A DNA stretch of 38,693 nt from Candidatus Zipacnadia bacterium (GCA_029821215.1 JALGTV010000001.1:1-38693); one strand, 5' to 3'. Positions 1 through 8,870 are shown, counted from the stretch's first letter. Made by a program: numbers and translations. Notes: generated by a model not told the origin, from the sequence alone.

Positions 1-864
1 GTGGAATGCACCATCAATGGTATGGGTGAGCGAGCAGGTAATGCTTCCCTGGAAGAGATAGTCATGGCTCTAAAGACGCGGGCCGGTGAATTTGGGGCCA
101 CCACTAATGTCCGCACTCAGCAAATTATCAAGACCTCGCGCATGGTCTCCAACCTGACTGGTTTTGTGGTCCAGCCCAATAAGGCCATTGTCGGCGCTAA
201 TGCCTTTGCTCACGAGGCCGGCATCCACCAGCATGGGGTAATTATGGACCGGCAAACCTACGAGATAATGAAACCTGAGGATGTGGGACTAAGCGAGAGC
301 GTGCTGACCCTGGGGCGGCGGTCGGGCCGGCACGGGTTGCGTCAACGGCTGGTGGACCTGGGCTACGAAGTCAGCGATGAGCAACTCGAGGTAATCTACC
401 AGCGCTTCCTGGAAGTGGCTGATAAGAAAAAGCAGGTCTATGATGAAGACCTGGAGCTGATCATGCGGGAGGCGACCCGGCAAGTGCCCGAAACCTGGCG
501 GCTGGTAGAATTGCAGACGACTTCAGGCTCAATGCCTACGGCCACGGTGAAGCTGGAAAAAGAAGGCGAGATGTTCACTGATGCTGCCTGTGGCAATGGG
601 CCGGTGGACGCCGCCTATCAGGCTATTGACAGGATCACAGGCGTGAGTCTGGCGCTGGAGGATTACTCGGTGCGCAGTGTCACCGTAGGCCGCGACGCCA
701 TTGGTGAAGCCACGGTGCGCGTACAACGCAATGGCCAACAGGCCGTGGGCAAGGCCAGTAGCACCGACATCGTGGAGGCCAGCGCCAAAGCCTATCTGAA
801 TGCCATCAACCGGCTGCTGGTCAGAGAAAGCCGCAATGCTGGCCCCCAACAGCAGGAAACTTAA
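1..864 (+). CDS. leuA: 2-isopropylmalate synthase, C-terminal part (5' truncated by window edge)
   Basis: Motifs ECTINGMGERAGNA, PNKAIVGANAFAHEAGIHQHG and the regulatory domain GNGPVDAAY...STDIVEASAKAY are typical of LeuA. Confidence 0.93.
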   Translation: MECTINGMGERAGNASLEEIVMALKTRAGEFGATTNVRTQQIIKTSRMVSNLTGFVVQPNKAIVGANAFAHEAGIHQHGVIMDRQTYEIMKPEDVGLSESVLTLGRRSGRHGLRQRLVDLGYEVSDEQLEVIYQRFLEVADKKKQVYDEDLELIMREATRQVPETWRLVELQTTSGSMPTATVKLEKEGEMFTDAACGNGPVDAAYQAIDRITGVSLALEDYSVRSVTVGRDAIGEATVRVQRNGQQAVGKASSTDIVEASAKAYLNAINRLLVRESRNAGPQQQET

Positions 865-890
865 TGCCAGAGCACTGGGAAGAGGATATC

Positions 891-920
891 TTGCTAAAAG
901 GGCGAGTAATATTGTAGAAT
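891..920 (+). promoter_or_regulatory. Putative sigma70 promoter for murC-ftsQ-ftsA
   Basis: TTGCTA (891-896), 18-nt spacer, TAGAAT (915-920), 36 nt upstream of the murC ATG. Confidence 0.45.
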
Positions 921-956
921 AGGCTCAGTTCAGAGAAGAGTCCGACGGAGTCGGAG

Positions 957-2339
957 ATGCAACTGCAACCTGGCCAACATGTTCATTTCATTGGCATCGG
1001 CGGGGTGTCCATGAGTGCCCTGGCGGGAGCGCTTAATGAGCAAGGATTTGAGATATCCGGCTCCGATACCCGTCTCTCACAGCGAGTCCATAAGCTGCGG
1101 GCGGCCGGTATTTCCGTCTATCACGGTCAGGCAGCGGACAATATTGGCGATGCCGACCTGATAATCTACACCACGGCCATCCGCGATGATAACCCCGAAC
1201 TGGTGGCAGCGCAGGCCAGTGGCCGGCCGGTGCTACACCGCTCGGAGTTGCTAACTTTGCTGCTCGCCGAGAAGCAGCGCCTGGCGGTGACCGGCACCCA
1301 CGGGAAGAGCACGACCACCGCGATGCTGGGGTCCATTCTGCTGGAGTTAGGCTGGGACCCCACCATCTTCGTCGGCGCCTACTGTGCTAATTGGGACGGC
1401 AATTATCGGTGTGGTCAGGGACAATGGGCGGTCTTTGAGGCCTGCGAAAGCGACGGGTCTTTCCGGCGCTATGAGGGCTGCTCGCAGATCCTAACCAGCA
1501 TTGAGCCGGATCATCTGGATGAACACCATAACTTCGCCAACCTCCGGCGGGCCTTTGCTGAGTTTGTAGCTACGGCTGATCCAGATGGTTTTGTGGTCTA
1601 CTGGGCCGACGATCCCGAGGTGGTAGCAGCTATCCAGCATAGTCCGGTGAGGACGATTTCGTATGGGTTGGAGGGGGCCCAAGCTGACGTGACAGCGGCC
1701 CAGATAACACGTAGTAGCCAGGGCGTGCGCTTTGTGCCGGTCATGTTTGGGCGGACTCTACCCGTCGTGGACCTTCCAGTAGTGGGCAACCACAATGTGC
1801 TTAATGCTCTGGCGGCGCTGGCGGCTGCCGAGCAGATCGGGATAGATGTACCGGCGGCCGGGTTGGCCTTGAGCAGCTTTAGCGGGGTAGGGCGCAGGTT
1901 TGAGCAGATGGGGTGGGTAAATGGCTGCCAGGTAATTGACGATTATGCTCACCATCCCACCGAGGTCCGCGCTACCCTGCAGGCGGCCAAAGACCACTTC
2001 GGTAGGCGCGTTATTGCTGTTTTTCAGCCTCACTTGTACAGTCGCACTCGCGACTTGATGGATCAATTCGCCTCCTGTTTCGGACAGGCGGATGTGGTGG
2101 TGATTACTGACATATATGGGGCCCGGGAGCAGCCTACCGACGAAGTCAGCGCGGAGGAATTGTACCAGCGAGTGCGAGCTAATGAACCCGGTAAGCTGGT
2201 CCGATACATCCCCACTGCCGATGAGATAGTTGACTTTTTGCTCCAGACAGCTCAAGCTGAGGACATGATACTGACCATTGGCGCTGGCGATATTTGCCAG
2301 GTCGCCGAGCGGCTGGTCCAGACGACGCAACAATTGTAG
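957..2339 (+). CDS. murC: UDP-N-acetylmuramate--L-alanine ligase
   Basis: HFIGIGGVSMS, P-loop GTHGKSTTT, EACESD, DHLD, DDYAHHPTE, FQPHLYSRT and GAGDI motifs. Confidence 0.95.
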   Translation: MQLQPGQHVHFIGIGGVSMSALAGALNEQGFEISGSDTRLSQRVHKLRAAGISVYHGQAADNIGDADLIIYTTAIRDDNPELVAAQASGRPVLHRSELLTLLLAEKQRLAVTGTHGKSTTTAMLGSILLELGWDPTIFVGAYCANWDGNYRCGQGQWAVFEACESDGSFRRYEGCSQILTSIEPDHLDEHHNFANLRRAFAEFVATADPDGFVVYWADDPEVVAAIQHSPVRTISYGLEGAQADVTAAQITRSSQGVRFVPVMFGRTLPVVDLPVVGNHNVLNALAALAAAEQIGIDVPAAGLALSSFSGVGRRFEQMGWVNGCQVIDDYAHHPTEVRATLQAAKDHFGRRVIAVFQPHLYSRTRDLMDQFASCFGQADVVVITDIYGAREQPTDEVSAEELYQRVRANEPGKLVRYIPTADEIVDFLLQTAQAEDMILTIGAGDICQVAERLVQTTQQL

Positions 2340-2363
2340 CATAACTATCAACGCAGCAACACA

Positions 2364-3146
2364 GTGAGGATCACAGTGGCCACGTTGAGTCAACAGCAAG
2401 CTCGCGCCCGGCCGGGGAATCGCGTATGGCGGCTCCGGTTGGGGCAGGCGGCCAAGCTGGTGGGTGTGGTGGTGGTGCTGAGTTTTGCCTATGGGGTGGG
2501 AACCTCGTCGTATTTTTGGATTCGGGAAGTGCAGGTAATAGCCCCTGAACCTCAATTAGCCCAGCAGGCTCTGGCCCGAATCCAGGTTCCTGCCGAGGCC
2601 AGCGCCCTCTTTTATCCGGTGCGACAAATAGTCAGTGGGCTGGAGACATATCCCCCTATTAGGCGTGCGGTGGTGAAGCGGGACCTGCCGGGACGTCTGG
2701 TGGTGCATATCTGGCCCCGAACGCCGGTGGCGGCAGTCAAGTACGGCCCAACTTTCGGGCTGGTAGATGAAAAAGGAGTGTGTGTCAGTTGCGTCTCGCG
2801 GCCGCCCAGCGATTTACCCCACATTTACGGCCTGATAGACGATCCATTAGCCCCGGGCGAACAGCTTCAAGACGCCGATCAGCATCTATTGACACAATGC
2901 CTGGCGGGCGTGGCGGACAATCAGATCAAGCACGGATTGGTTATAGATTTCTCCGAGCAATATGCCATTCAGCTATGCACAGCCAATGGGGTGCGGGGTA
3001 AGGTAGGGACAACGGATAATCTGAAGCGAAAAGTTATGATGTTTGCGGGTATTCTCAAGGAGCTGGAGGGGCAGGGCAAGCAGCCGGCGTACATAGACGT
3101 GCGGGTTATGGACCGACCCGTGTGGAAGCCGCGGCAGGAGACGTAA
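2364..3146 (+). CDS. ftsQ: Cell division protein FtsQ/DivIB
   Basis: N-terminal TM helix, POTRA-like segment (IRRAVVKRDLPGRLVVHIWPRTP), LVDEKG and C-terminal YIDVR; lies between murC and ftsA. Confidence 0.8.
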   Translation: MRITVATLSQQQARARPGNRVWRLRLGQAAKLVGVVVVLSFAYGVGTSSYFWIREVQVIAPEPQLAQQALARIQVPAEASALFYPVRQIVSGLETYPPIRRAVVKRDLPGRLVVHIWPRTPVAAVKYGPTFGLVDEKGVCVSCVSRPPSDLPHIYGLIDDPLAPGEQLQDADQHLLTQCLAGVADNQIKHGLVIDFSEQYAIQLCTANGVRGKVGTTDNLKRKVMMFAGILKELEGQGKQPAYIDVRVMDRPVWKPRQET

Positions 3147-3202
3147 GACCAGCCGGACGTTAGCACTGCCACAGGAATCATGGCGACGATAAGGCGGAGT
3201 CA

Positions 3203-4498
3203 ATGATGCCAGCAATAGAATATGTAGCTGGCCTGGACGTGGGCACCACCAAAATATGCACCATAATTGCTGAGCCGGCGGCCAATGGCACTATGGACAT
3301 TCTGGGAGTGGGCTTGAGCCCTTCCGCGGGGATAAGGCGAGGCGTGGTGGTTGATCTGCAGGAGGCAATTGCGGCCATAGCTGACTCGGTTGACGAAGCT
3401 GAGCGGATGGCTAATCTGCCGGTCGCGGGCGCCTATGTAGGTATTACCGGCGGGCACATTGCCGCCCGTAATGCGACCGGGCGGGTCCACGTCAATCCTA
3501 CCGGAGAAGTTACTGCCGACGATGTGGAGAAAGCCGTTCAAAGTGCCTGTGATAGCGTCCCGGTGGAAACTGACCAGGAAATTGTTCATCGCATAGTCCG
3601 TGAATTTGCCATTGACGGTCAGGAGGGTATCAAACGACCAATTGGCATGAGCGGGCGGCGTCTGGATGCGAAGGTACATATAGTCACCGGGACGGCCAGT
3701 GTCCGCGAGAACCTGGAGCGCTGTGTGGGGGAGCTGGGGATCAAGGTGCAAAAGTTTGTACTGGAACCGTTGGCCACTAGCTTGGCGGTACTCACTGAGG
3801 CCGAACGCGACTTGGGCGTGGCCTTGATTGATATTGGCGGAGGTACCACCGATATTGCGGTTTTCCGGACCGGGGCCATCTGGCACAGCGCCGCGCTGCC
3901 GGTGGCCGGCAACCACATAACCCGTGACCTGGCCCAGTTACTGCATATCACTCAGGAAGAGGCCGAGGAGATCAAACGCAAGTTTGGCCTGGCTTCACCC
4001 GACCTGGCCGGCGGTGAGGAACTGATTCAGGTCACAGAGATGGGCACTGGTGAGCCAGTGCGGGTCCCCCGGCGCTTGATAGGAGAGGTTATCCAACCGC
4101 GGCTGGAGGAGATATTCACTCTGGTCGGCCGCGACCTGGAGCGAAGTGAGGCTTTTAATCTGATAACCGGTGGGATAGTGCTGTCCGGCGGCGGTTCCCA
4201 GTTGCTCGGGGCAGATAGGTTAGCCTCGGCAATACTGGGTGGCCTGCCCGTGCGGTGGGGCCGCCCCCAGAACCTGGGTAAGCTGGCTGACAGTGTAGCC
4301 AATCCCATTTATGCCACTGGAGTGGGCCTGGCGCTGCAAGCGGCCAGCGACGGCGCCTACGCTGGTGAAGTGCCCCCGGCTCGGCATCTGTCCTGGCTAC
4401 CAACCATCGCTCGGTGGTGGTCAGAAGAAATAAGGCCCCGAGTTGCTCGCTATCTGCCTGCGCACAGATTCCCCTTCATCCGCCCCCCTGCCCCATAA
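3203..4498 (+). CDS. ftsA: Cell division protein FtsA
   Basis: GLDVGTTKIC, DIGGGTTD, GNHITRDL, GIVLSGGGS and YATGVGL motifs, plus a C-terminal amphipathic helix. Confidence 0.95.
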   Translation: MMPAIEYVAGLDVGTTKICTIIAEPAANGTMDILGVGLSPSAGIRRGVVVDLQEAIAAIADSVDEAERMANLPVAGAYVGITGGHIAARNATGRVHVNPTGEVTADDVEKAVQSACDSVPVETDQEIVHRIVREFAIDGQEGIKRPIGMSGRRLDAKVHIVTGTASVRENLERCVGELGIKVQKFVLEPLATSLAVLTEAERDLGVALIDIGGGTTDIAVFRTGAIWHSAALPVAGNHITRDLAQLLHITQEEAEEIKRKFGLASPDLAGGEELIQVTEMGTGEPVRVPRRLIGEVIQPRLEEIFTLVGRDLERSEAFNLITGGIVLSGGGSQLLGADRLASAILGGLPVRWGRPQNLGKLADSVANPIYATGVGLALQAASDGAYAGEVPPARHLSWLPTIARWWSEEIRPRVARYLPAHRFPFIRPPAP

Positions 4499-4539
4499 AC
4501 TTGGCGATTATGGTCTACTCGAATTACTACCAACATTCC

Positions 4540-4566
4540 GAAACTTTTGAGACTGACATGTGTCTA
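4540..4566 (+). promoter_or_regulatory. Putative ECF-sigma (SigW/SigE-like) promoter
   Basis: GAAACT (4540-4545), 16-nt spacer, GTCTA (4562-4566), directly upstream of an anti-sigma-like gene. Matches the AAC...GTC pattern of ECF promoters. Confidence 0.55.
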
Positions 4567-4596
4567 TTTAGTAGATAGGTCCAAGCGGGGTATGAC

Positions 4597-5835
4597 ATGG
4601 TAAGCCCCCGCAGTGACCCCCACAGTTGTCGCGTGGTAACTATGAATAATTGTCCGCAGGCTGAGACAATCCAGGATTATGGGGATGGAGAGCTGGTGGG
4701 TGAACAGGCCCGTCTGGTTGGCGAGCATATAAGCTCGTGCCGCCGGTGCCAGCGGCTATACCGGGAACTGAAGACAGTGTCAGGTATCCTGGGTCAGCGG
4801 CCTCAGCCCACCGCTCCGCGAGGTCTTAAACAGAAGATTCGGAGAGCGATACGGGACAGTGAACCGGTACAACCCATTTCCTGCCCGGCAGCCCAAACGC
4901 TGATCTGCTCCTATCTGGATGAAGAATTGTCGGCTGAGGATGAGCGACGGGTAGAAAGCCACGTATTTGCTTGCTCCCAGTGCTACCGCATATTCAAACA
5001 GACCCAGCAGATTACCGAAGTCCTACGAGATGCCCCACCGGTGACCGTGCCGGCCGGACTGGGCGAACGAGTGGCCATTGCAGTAGCTGAGGTGGAAAAG
5101 CGGCAACCGGGAATCATCGGCTATGTGACCGGGCGGCTCTCATGGCGGACAGCCGGGGGGATACTGGCTGGGGCTGCTGTTGCCGCCGCGCTGATATTGG
5201 GCTTGATTCTGGCGCCGCATAAGTCACCTGTATATCAACCGTCGGCACCTACTCCCACCGTGGTGGCCCAGGAGCCGGCAGAAGTGCCTGCTGAGGAGAC
5301 ACATGTAGCGGCCGCCCCCAGCCAGGTCCGCGAAGAGCCACAAATGGCCCAGAAGACATCAGAAGAGAAGAAGATGGCTATTGCCCGAGCCTCTACCCCG
5401 GCGCTACGACGTAGACATGCTACCCCTACGCCGGCAGCCCGGCGGCCCAGCCCGGGGCTATCGGTGGCTGAGATCCCATCGGCCTCGGTGCCAGTGACTG
5501 GGGAGCGTGCCCCCGGTGAACCGGCAGCGGTGGCTGAACCAGAGCCATCACCACCGGCCCTGGCAAGTGCAGGTAGCACCCAGCCACAACCAACCATTAT
5601 GGCCGCCCTCTCTGAAGTCACCGAGCCGCCTCAGCATCCGGGCCCGGAGTTGGCCACTGGACCGTCTCCGCCCCGACGGCCTACTTGGACCCCGGTACGA
5701 ACTGTTCATACGACGGTGTATCGTGGTGGGGACCAGATGGATACAGCACGGTTGAGTGCGGCCCGGGATCGGTTGGATAAACGTATTGCCGCCCTTAAAG
5801 ACAGTCAGTTGGGCGGCTGGACAGTGATTAAGTAA
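4597..5835 (+). CDS. Anti-sigma-like membrane protein with two tandem zf-HC2 (ZAS) domains, one TM helix and a Pro/Ala-rich tail (alternative start 4642)
   Basis: Two C-x(n)-Y-x-D-x-EL...HxxxCxxC repeats (HISSCRRC, HVFACSQC) and a TM helix GGILAGAAVAAALILGLILA. Confidence 0.8.
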   Translation: MVSPRSDPHSCRVVTMNNCPQAETIQDYGDGELVGEQARLVGEHISSCRRCQRLYRELKTVSGILGQRPQPTAPRGLKQKIRRAIRDSEPVQPISCPAAQTLICSYLDEELSAEDERRVESHVFACSQCYRIFKQTQQITEVLRDAPPVTVPAGLGERVAIAVAEVEKRQPGIIGYVTGRLSWRTAGGILAGAAVAAALILGLILAPHKSPVYQPSAPTPTVVAQEPAEVPAEETHVAAAPSQVREEPQMAQKTSEEKKMAIARASTPALRRRHATPTPAARRPSPGLSVAEIPSASVPVTGERAPGEPAAVAEPEPSPPALASAGSTQPQPTIMAALSEVTEPPQHPGPELATGPSPPRRPTWTPVRTVHTTVYRGGDQMDTARLSAARDRLDKRIAALKDSQLGGWTVIK

Positions 5836-5887
5836 CTTAAAGCTCCGTCAGTCTGTTGGTGGTAATGGCGAACTTATTTTGATTAAT

Positions 5888-5920
5888 GGCGGGCCTATCT
5901 GCTGGGTCCGTCTTCTTTTT
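5888..5920 (+). terminator. Rho-independent terminator after the anti-sigma-like gene
   Basis: Stem GGCGGGCCTA / TGGGTCCGTC (with G-U pairs) followed by TTCTTTTT. Confidence 0.6.
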
Positions 5921-5946
5921 GTCAGGTTCTCCGAGACCGTTTCTCA

Positions 5947-5975
5947 TTGACAGATGGCTGGACAGATGGTATTCT
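5947..5975 (+). promoter_or_regulatory. Sigma70 promoter of the atp operon, overlapped by a GACAGATGG direct repeat
   Basis: TTGACA (5947-5952), 17-nt spacer, TGn-TATTCT (5970-5975). GACAGATGG occurs at 5949-5957 and 5961-5969. Confidence 0.65.
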
Positions 5976-5996
5976 TTGCTCTGGGGGTAAGCCACA

Positions 5997-6221
5997 ATGA
6001 TTCCGAAGCCTGGTCCGAACTGGGCTGATTTGCTGCGGCTCTCAACGGTAGGACTGGTATTGGCCATCAGCGTCGGGTTGGGGGCTGGGCTTGGGCTGTG
6101 GTTAGATGAGCGGTGGGGCACTGGTCCGTGGCTGACAGTGCTGGGCGTAGTGATAGGGAGCGCGGCGGGGTTCATAGAATTGCTCCGCGAAGTGAATAGA
6201 TATACTGGCAAAGATGAATGA
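5997..6221 (+). CDS. AtpZ/AtpI-family ('ATPase gene 1') membrane protein
   Basis: Pattern GLGLWLDERWGTGPWLTVLGVVIGSAAGF; first gene of the atp operon. Confidence 0.85.
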   Translation: MIPKPGPNWADLLRLSTVGLVLAISVGLGAGLGLWLDERWGTGPWLTVLGVVIGSAAGFIELLREVNRYTGKDE

Positions 6222-6636
6222 GGAGCAGCAAGACTGCTTCATTAGACGAGTCTACAGTATCACCGCTGTAGTGGCCGGAGTAGTAAGCGTGGGGTTGATG
6301 GTGGCCAGACAGTGGCGATTTGTGGCGGGTTTTGCAGTTGGGGTGGTGATTGCGGCGGTAATGATATATGGGGTAGTGTTGGTGAGCAATGCCATAACCC
6401 AGCGCGGAAGCGATAGTGCCAGCGGTCAAATCACCGGGCGCAAAGTCGTGGTGTTGCAGATAGGAAAATATGGCGCGGTTATTGCAGTACTGTATGTAAT
6501 AATCACTTTCACTGCCGTCAGTGGCGCCGGCATAGCGGTAGGATATGGCACGACGCTTGCCGTACTGCTTCTGACAGCTTATTGGACGGGTCCGAGCCGC
6601 GCTAAGCCACACAAGGATAGCGAGAACTTGAGCTAA
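6214..6636 (+). CDS. atpI: ATP synthase protein I
   Basis: 140 aa with four hydrophobic helices, located between gene 1 and atpB. Confidence 0.7.
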   Translation: MNEEQQDCFIRRVYSITAVVAGVVSVGLMVARQWRFVAGFAVGVVIAAVMIYGVVLVSNAITQRGSDSASGQITGRKVVVLQIGKYGAVIAVLYVIITFTAVSGAGIAVGYGTTLAVLLLTAYWTGPSRAKPHKDSENLS

Positions 6637-6637
6637 G

Positions 6638-6784
6638 AGAGACTATTGCACAAGGTAATTACAGGCTACTTATCAGAGTAAAATGTGCAAAGTTGACCGG
6701 TTAAACCTAAACGTATGTCGGGGCACCCTTCGGCAGGCTCAGGACAGAGAGGATGCCCCTCCTACAAGTTTTGCAACAACCTCT
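6638..6784. mobile_element. Possible MITE-like insertion containing a REP-like hairpin
   Basis: Imperfect terminal inverted repeat AGAGACTATTGCACAA (6638-6653) / TTTTGCAACAACCTCT (6769-6784), 12/16 match, with TAAG close to both ends. Internal GGGGCACCC...GGATGCCCC stem encloses CTTCGGCAGGCTCAG. Confidence 0.35.
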
Positions 6785-6801
6785 TTAAGAGCACATTCGC
6801 G

Positions 6802-7557
6802 ATGCACGAAGAAGTAGGCAGTTGGCTAAACATAATCGTCCAGCACTTGCCCGCTTGGGCCCACCCCTACGTGAACCTGGGGGTGGTGACCAGTTGGCTG
6901 GTGCTGGCTATGCTGTTAGTATTGGCCTGGCGCTGTAGCCGGAATTTGAAGCTGGTCCCCGAAACAGGCTGGCAGACCATCGGCGAGTGGGCCTACCAAG
7001 TGTGCGCCAGCTTTTGCGAAGGACTTATCGGGCCGGGTGGGCAGCGATATGCTCCGCTGATTGGCAGTTTGTTTGTGTATATCCTGATTATGAATATTAC
7101 TGGGTTGATACCCGGATTTGAGTCCCCGACCGCCAGCCTCAATATGACCCTGGCTTTAGCGATTGTCTCCCTGGTGGCAGTGCAGTATTATGGCTTTCGT
7201 GAGCAAGGCTGGCGCTATCTGCTGCACTTTGTGGGGGAGCCGTGGTGGTTGTTTCCGCTGATGATACCGATACATCTCATCGGAGAGATAGCCCGTCTAT
7301 TGTCACTATCCATCCGTTTGTTTGGTAATATCTTCGGCAAGGAGATAGTTATTGGGCAAATTTTGCTATTGGTGGGTAGCATCGTGGCCATGCATCGGAT
7401 CAGTATAGTGCTGCGAGCGCCGGTAGCTGTCCTGGGCGCGGTGGTGGGTCACGTGCCCCTACTGCTGTTGGGATTGCTGGTTAGTTTCATCCAGGCACTA
7501 ATTTTTGCCATGTTGGTAGGTGTATACATACAAGGTGCTGTTAAGCCGGAGCATTAA
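6802..7557 (+). CDS. atpB: F0F1 ATP synthase subunit a (likely start 6802; ORF extends back to 6715)
   Basis: PTASLNMT, conserved Arg in LSLSIRLFGNIF, and IQALIFAMLVGVYI. Confidence 0.93.
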   Translation: MHEEVGSWLNIIVQHLPAWAHPYVNLGVVTSWLVLAMLLVLAWRCSRNLKLVPETGWQTIGEWAYQVCASFCEGLIGPGGQRYAPLIGSLFVYILIMNITGLIPGFESPTASLNMTLALAIVSLVAVQYYGFREQGWRYLLHFVGEPWWLFPLMIPIHLIGEIARLLSLSIRLFGNIFGKEIVIGQILLLVGSIVAMHRISIVLRAPVAVLGAVVGHVPLLLLGLLVSFIQALIFAMLVGVYIQGAVKPEH

Positions 7558-7628
7558 GCCAATTAGTTAGCCGGATAGGACTGAATTGTCGGCTATACAA
7601 GTCAATAAAAATTGGAGGTTGATCACTA

Positions 7629-7901
7629 ATGTTTACTTATTTTGCCGCTGCGCTGGCTATTGCTGCTGGCTTGGGCGTACCAATAGCAGTAATTGGCGGA
7701 GCTTTAGCACAAGGAAAGGTAGGTGCGGCCGCTATGGAGGGCATCGCCCGCCAGCCAGAAGCAGCCGGAGACATTCGGACTTCGTTGATTATTACTCTGG
7801 CGCTGATTGAATCACTGGTCATTTATGCGTTGCTGACTTTCTTCTTGCTTTCCCCACATATTGGGATCTTGGTAGAGATGGCGAAGCAAAGTGCCGGTTA
7901 A
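7629..7901 (+). CDS. atpE: F0F1 ATP synthase subunit c
   Basis: ARQPE loop, ion-binding Glu in LIESLVIY, RBS GGAGGT. Confidence 0.96.
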   Translation: MFTYFAAALAIAAGLGVPIAVIGGALAQGKVGAAAMEGIARQPEAAGDIRTSLIITLALIESLVIYALLTFFLLSPHIGILVEMAKQSAG

Positions 7902-7922
7902 CGGATAGTAAGGAAGGGTGCG

Positions 7923-8444
7923 ATGGAGCAGTTACTGCATCAGCTTGGCATTGAGCCACCAATTATCCTGGTAAATATCATTGGCTTTGTGATATTACTG
8001 GTGCTGCTGCGCCGGTATTTTTGGGAGCCGATACGGCAGTTTCTGGCCGACCGTCAGCAGCGCGTGTCCGAATACTGGAAGCAGGCTGAAGAAGCTCACG
8101 ATCAAGCGGAGCAGAGACTGGCCCAACTGGATGAGCGCAGTCAACAAATTATGGCTGCCGCCCAGCAGGAGGCCCAGCAGGCCAAAGCCGAAATCCAGCA
8201 GGAAGCGCAGCGCATGATTGATGAGGCCCACCAGCGGGCCCGGGAGCGAGAACGACGGGCCGAGGAGACAATCATCCGGCAGACTAACCAGGCTTTGGCG
8301 GAGGCCCGCGACCAGTTGGCTGAACTGTCGGCTGAGGTTGCCCAGCAGGTGTTGCGGCGCAGCCTGGATGAGAAGCAGCATCAGGCCCTGCTGGATGGGG
8401 CAATTGCGGATATTGAGCGTATGGCTCAGGAGCAGCAGGAATAG
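7923..8444 (+). CDS. atpF: F0F1 ATP synthase subunit b
   Basis: N-terminal TM (IIGFVILLVLLRRYFWEP) followed by a long Ala/Glu/Gln-rich coiled coil; operon position. Confidence 0.92.
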   Translation: MEQLLHQLGIEPPIILVNIIGFVILLVLLRRYFWEPIRQFLADRQQRVSEYWKQAEEAHDQAEQRLAQLDERSQQIMAAAQQEAQQAKAEIQQEAQRMIDEAHQRARERERRAEETIIRQTNQALAEARDQLAELSAEVAQQVLRRSLDEKQHQALLDGAIADIERMAQEQQE

Positions 8445-8453
8445 AGGAAGGCA

Positions 8454-8870
8454 ATGGGTAGTATTCGCGAAGCACGCCAGTATGTGAAGAGACTTTTAGA
8501 GATCGCCGAACAAGGCGGCGATGTGGAAGCGGTAGGCCGAGAGCTGCGAGAATTGCGGGAGGTGATGGAAAGTTCGGCGGTCGTCTCCCAGCAGGTTGAA
8601 TATGAGCGGCAGGGCATCAAGCAAGCAGTGGTGGAGACAACTGTCCCTCTGACCGGCGAGCAACAACAGCGGCTAAGCGCGGCCATCCAAAAGCTGCTGG
8701 GGGGTCCGGTGGCCATACAGCAGCAAACCAATCCGGAGATAATTGGGGGGCTGCGGATAACTGTGGATGATGTGGTTATAGACAATAGCCTCCGAGGGCA
8801 ACTGGCCCGGATGCTCCAGGTAGTTCATCAGGCGCCGGCCCCGGCCGAAGCTGTGGAAGAAGATGAATAG
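8454..8870 (+). CDS. atpH: F0F1 ATP synthase subunit delta, short form (138 aa)
   Basis: ARQY N-terminal helix and C-terminal NPEIIGGLRITVDDVVIDNSLRGQL; operon position. Confidence 0.85.
   Translation: MGSIREARQYVKRLLEIAEQGGDVEAVGRELRELREVMESSAVVSQQVEYERQGIKQAVVETTVPLTGEQQQRLSAAIQKLLGGPVAIQQQTNPEIIGGLRITVDDVVIDNSLRGQLARMLQVVHQAPAPAEAVEEDE

Noticed and set aside
865..876. 12-bp sequence TGCCAGAGCACT also present near 17493, both just after gene ends
   Set aside because: Only two short copies with no shared flanks or structure, so chance is plausible.
3160..3186. CIRCE-like half site TTAGCACT before ftsA
   Set aside because: The second arm GAGTGCTAA is absent.
7629..7901. Na+-coupled ATP synthase suggested by Gln (ALAQG) and ES..Y in subunit c
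   Set aside because: The Na+ signature is ES(T)xxY, and here it is ESLVIY with no Thr. H+-coupled cyanobacterial c subunits show the same Q plus ESLxIY pattern, so it is not diagnostic.
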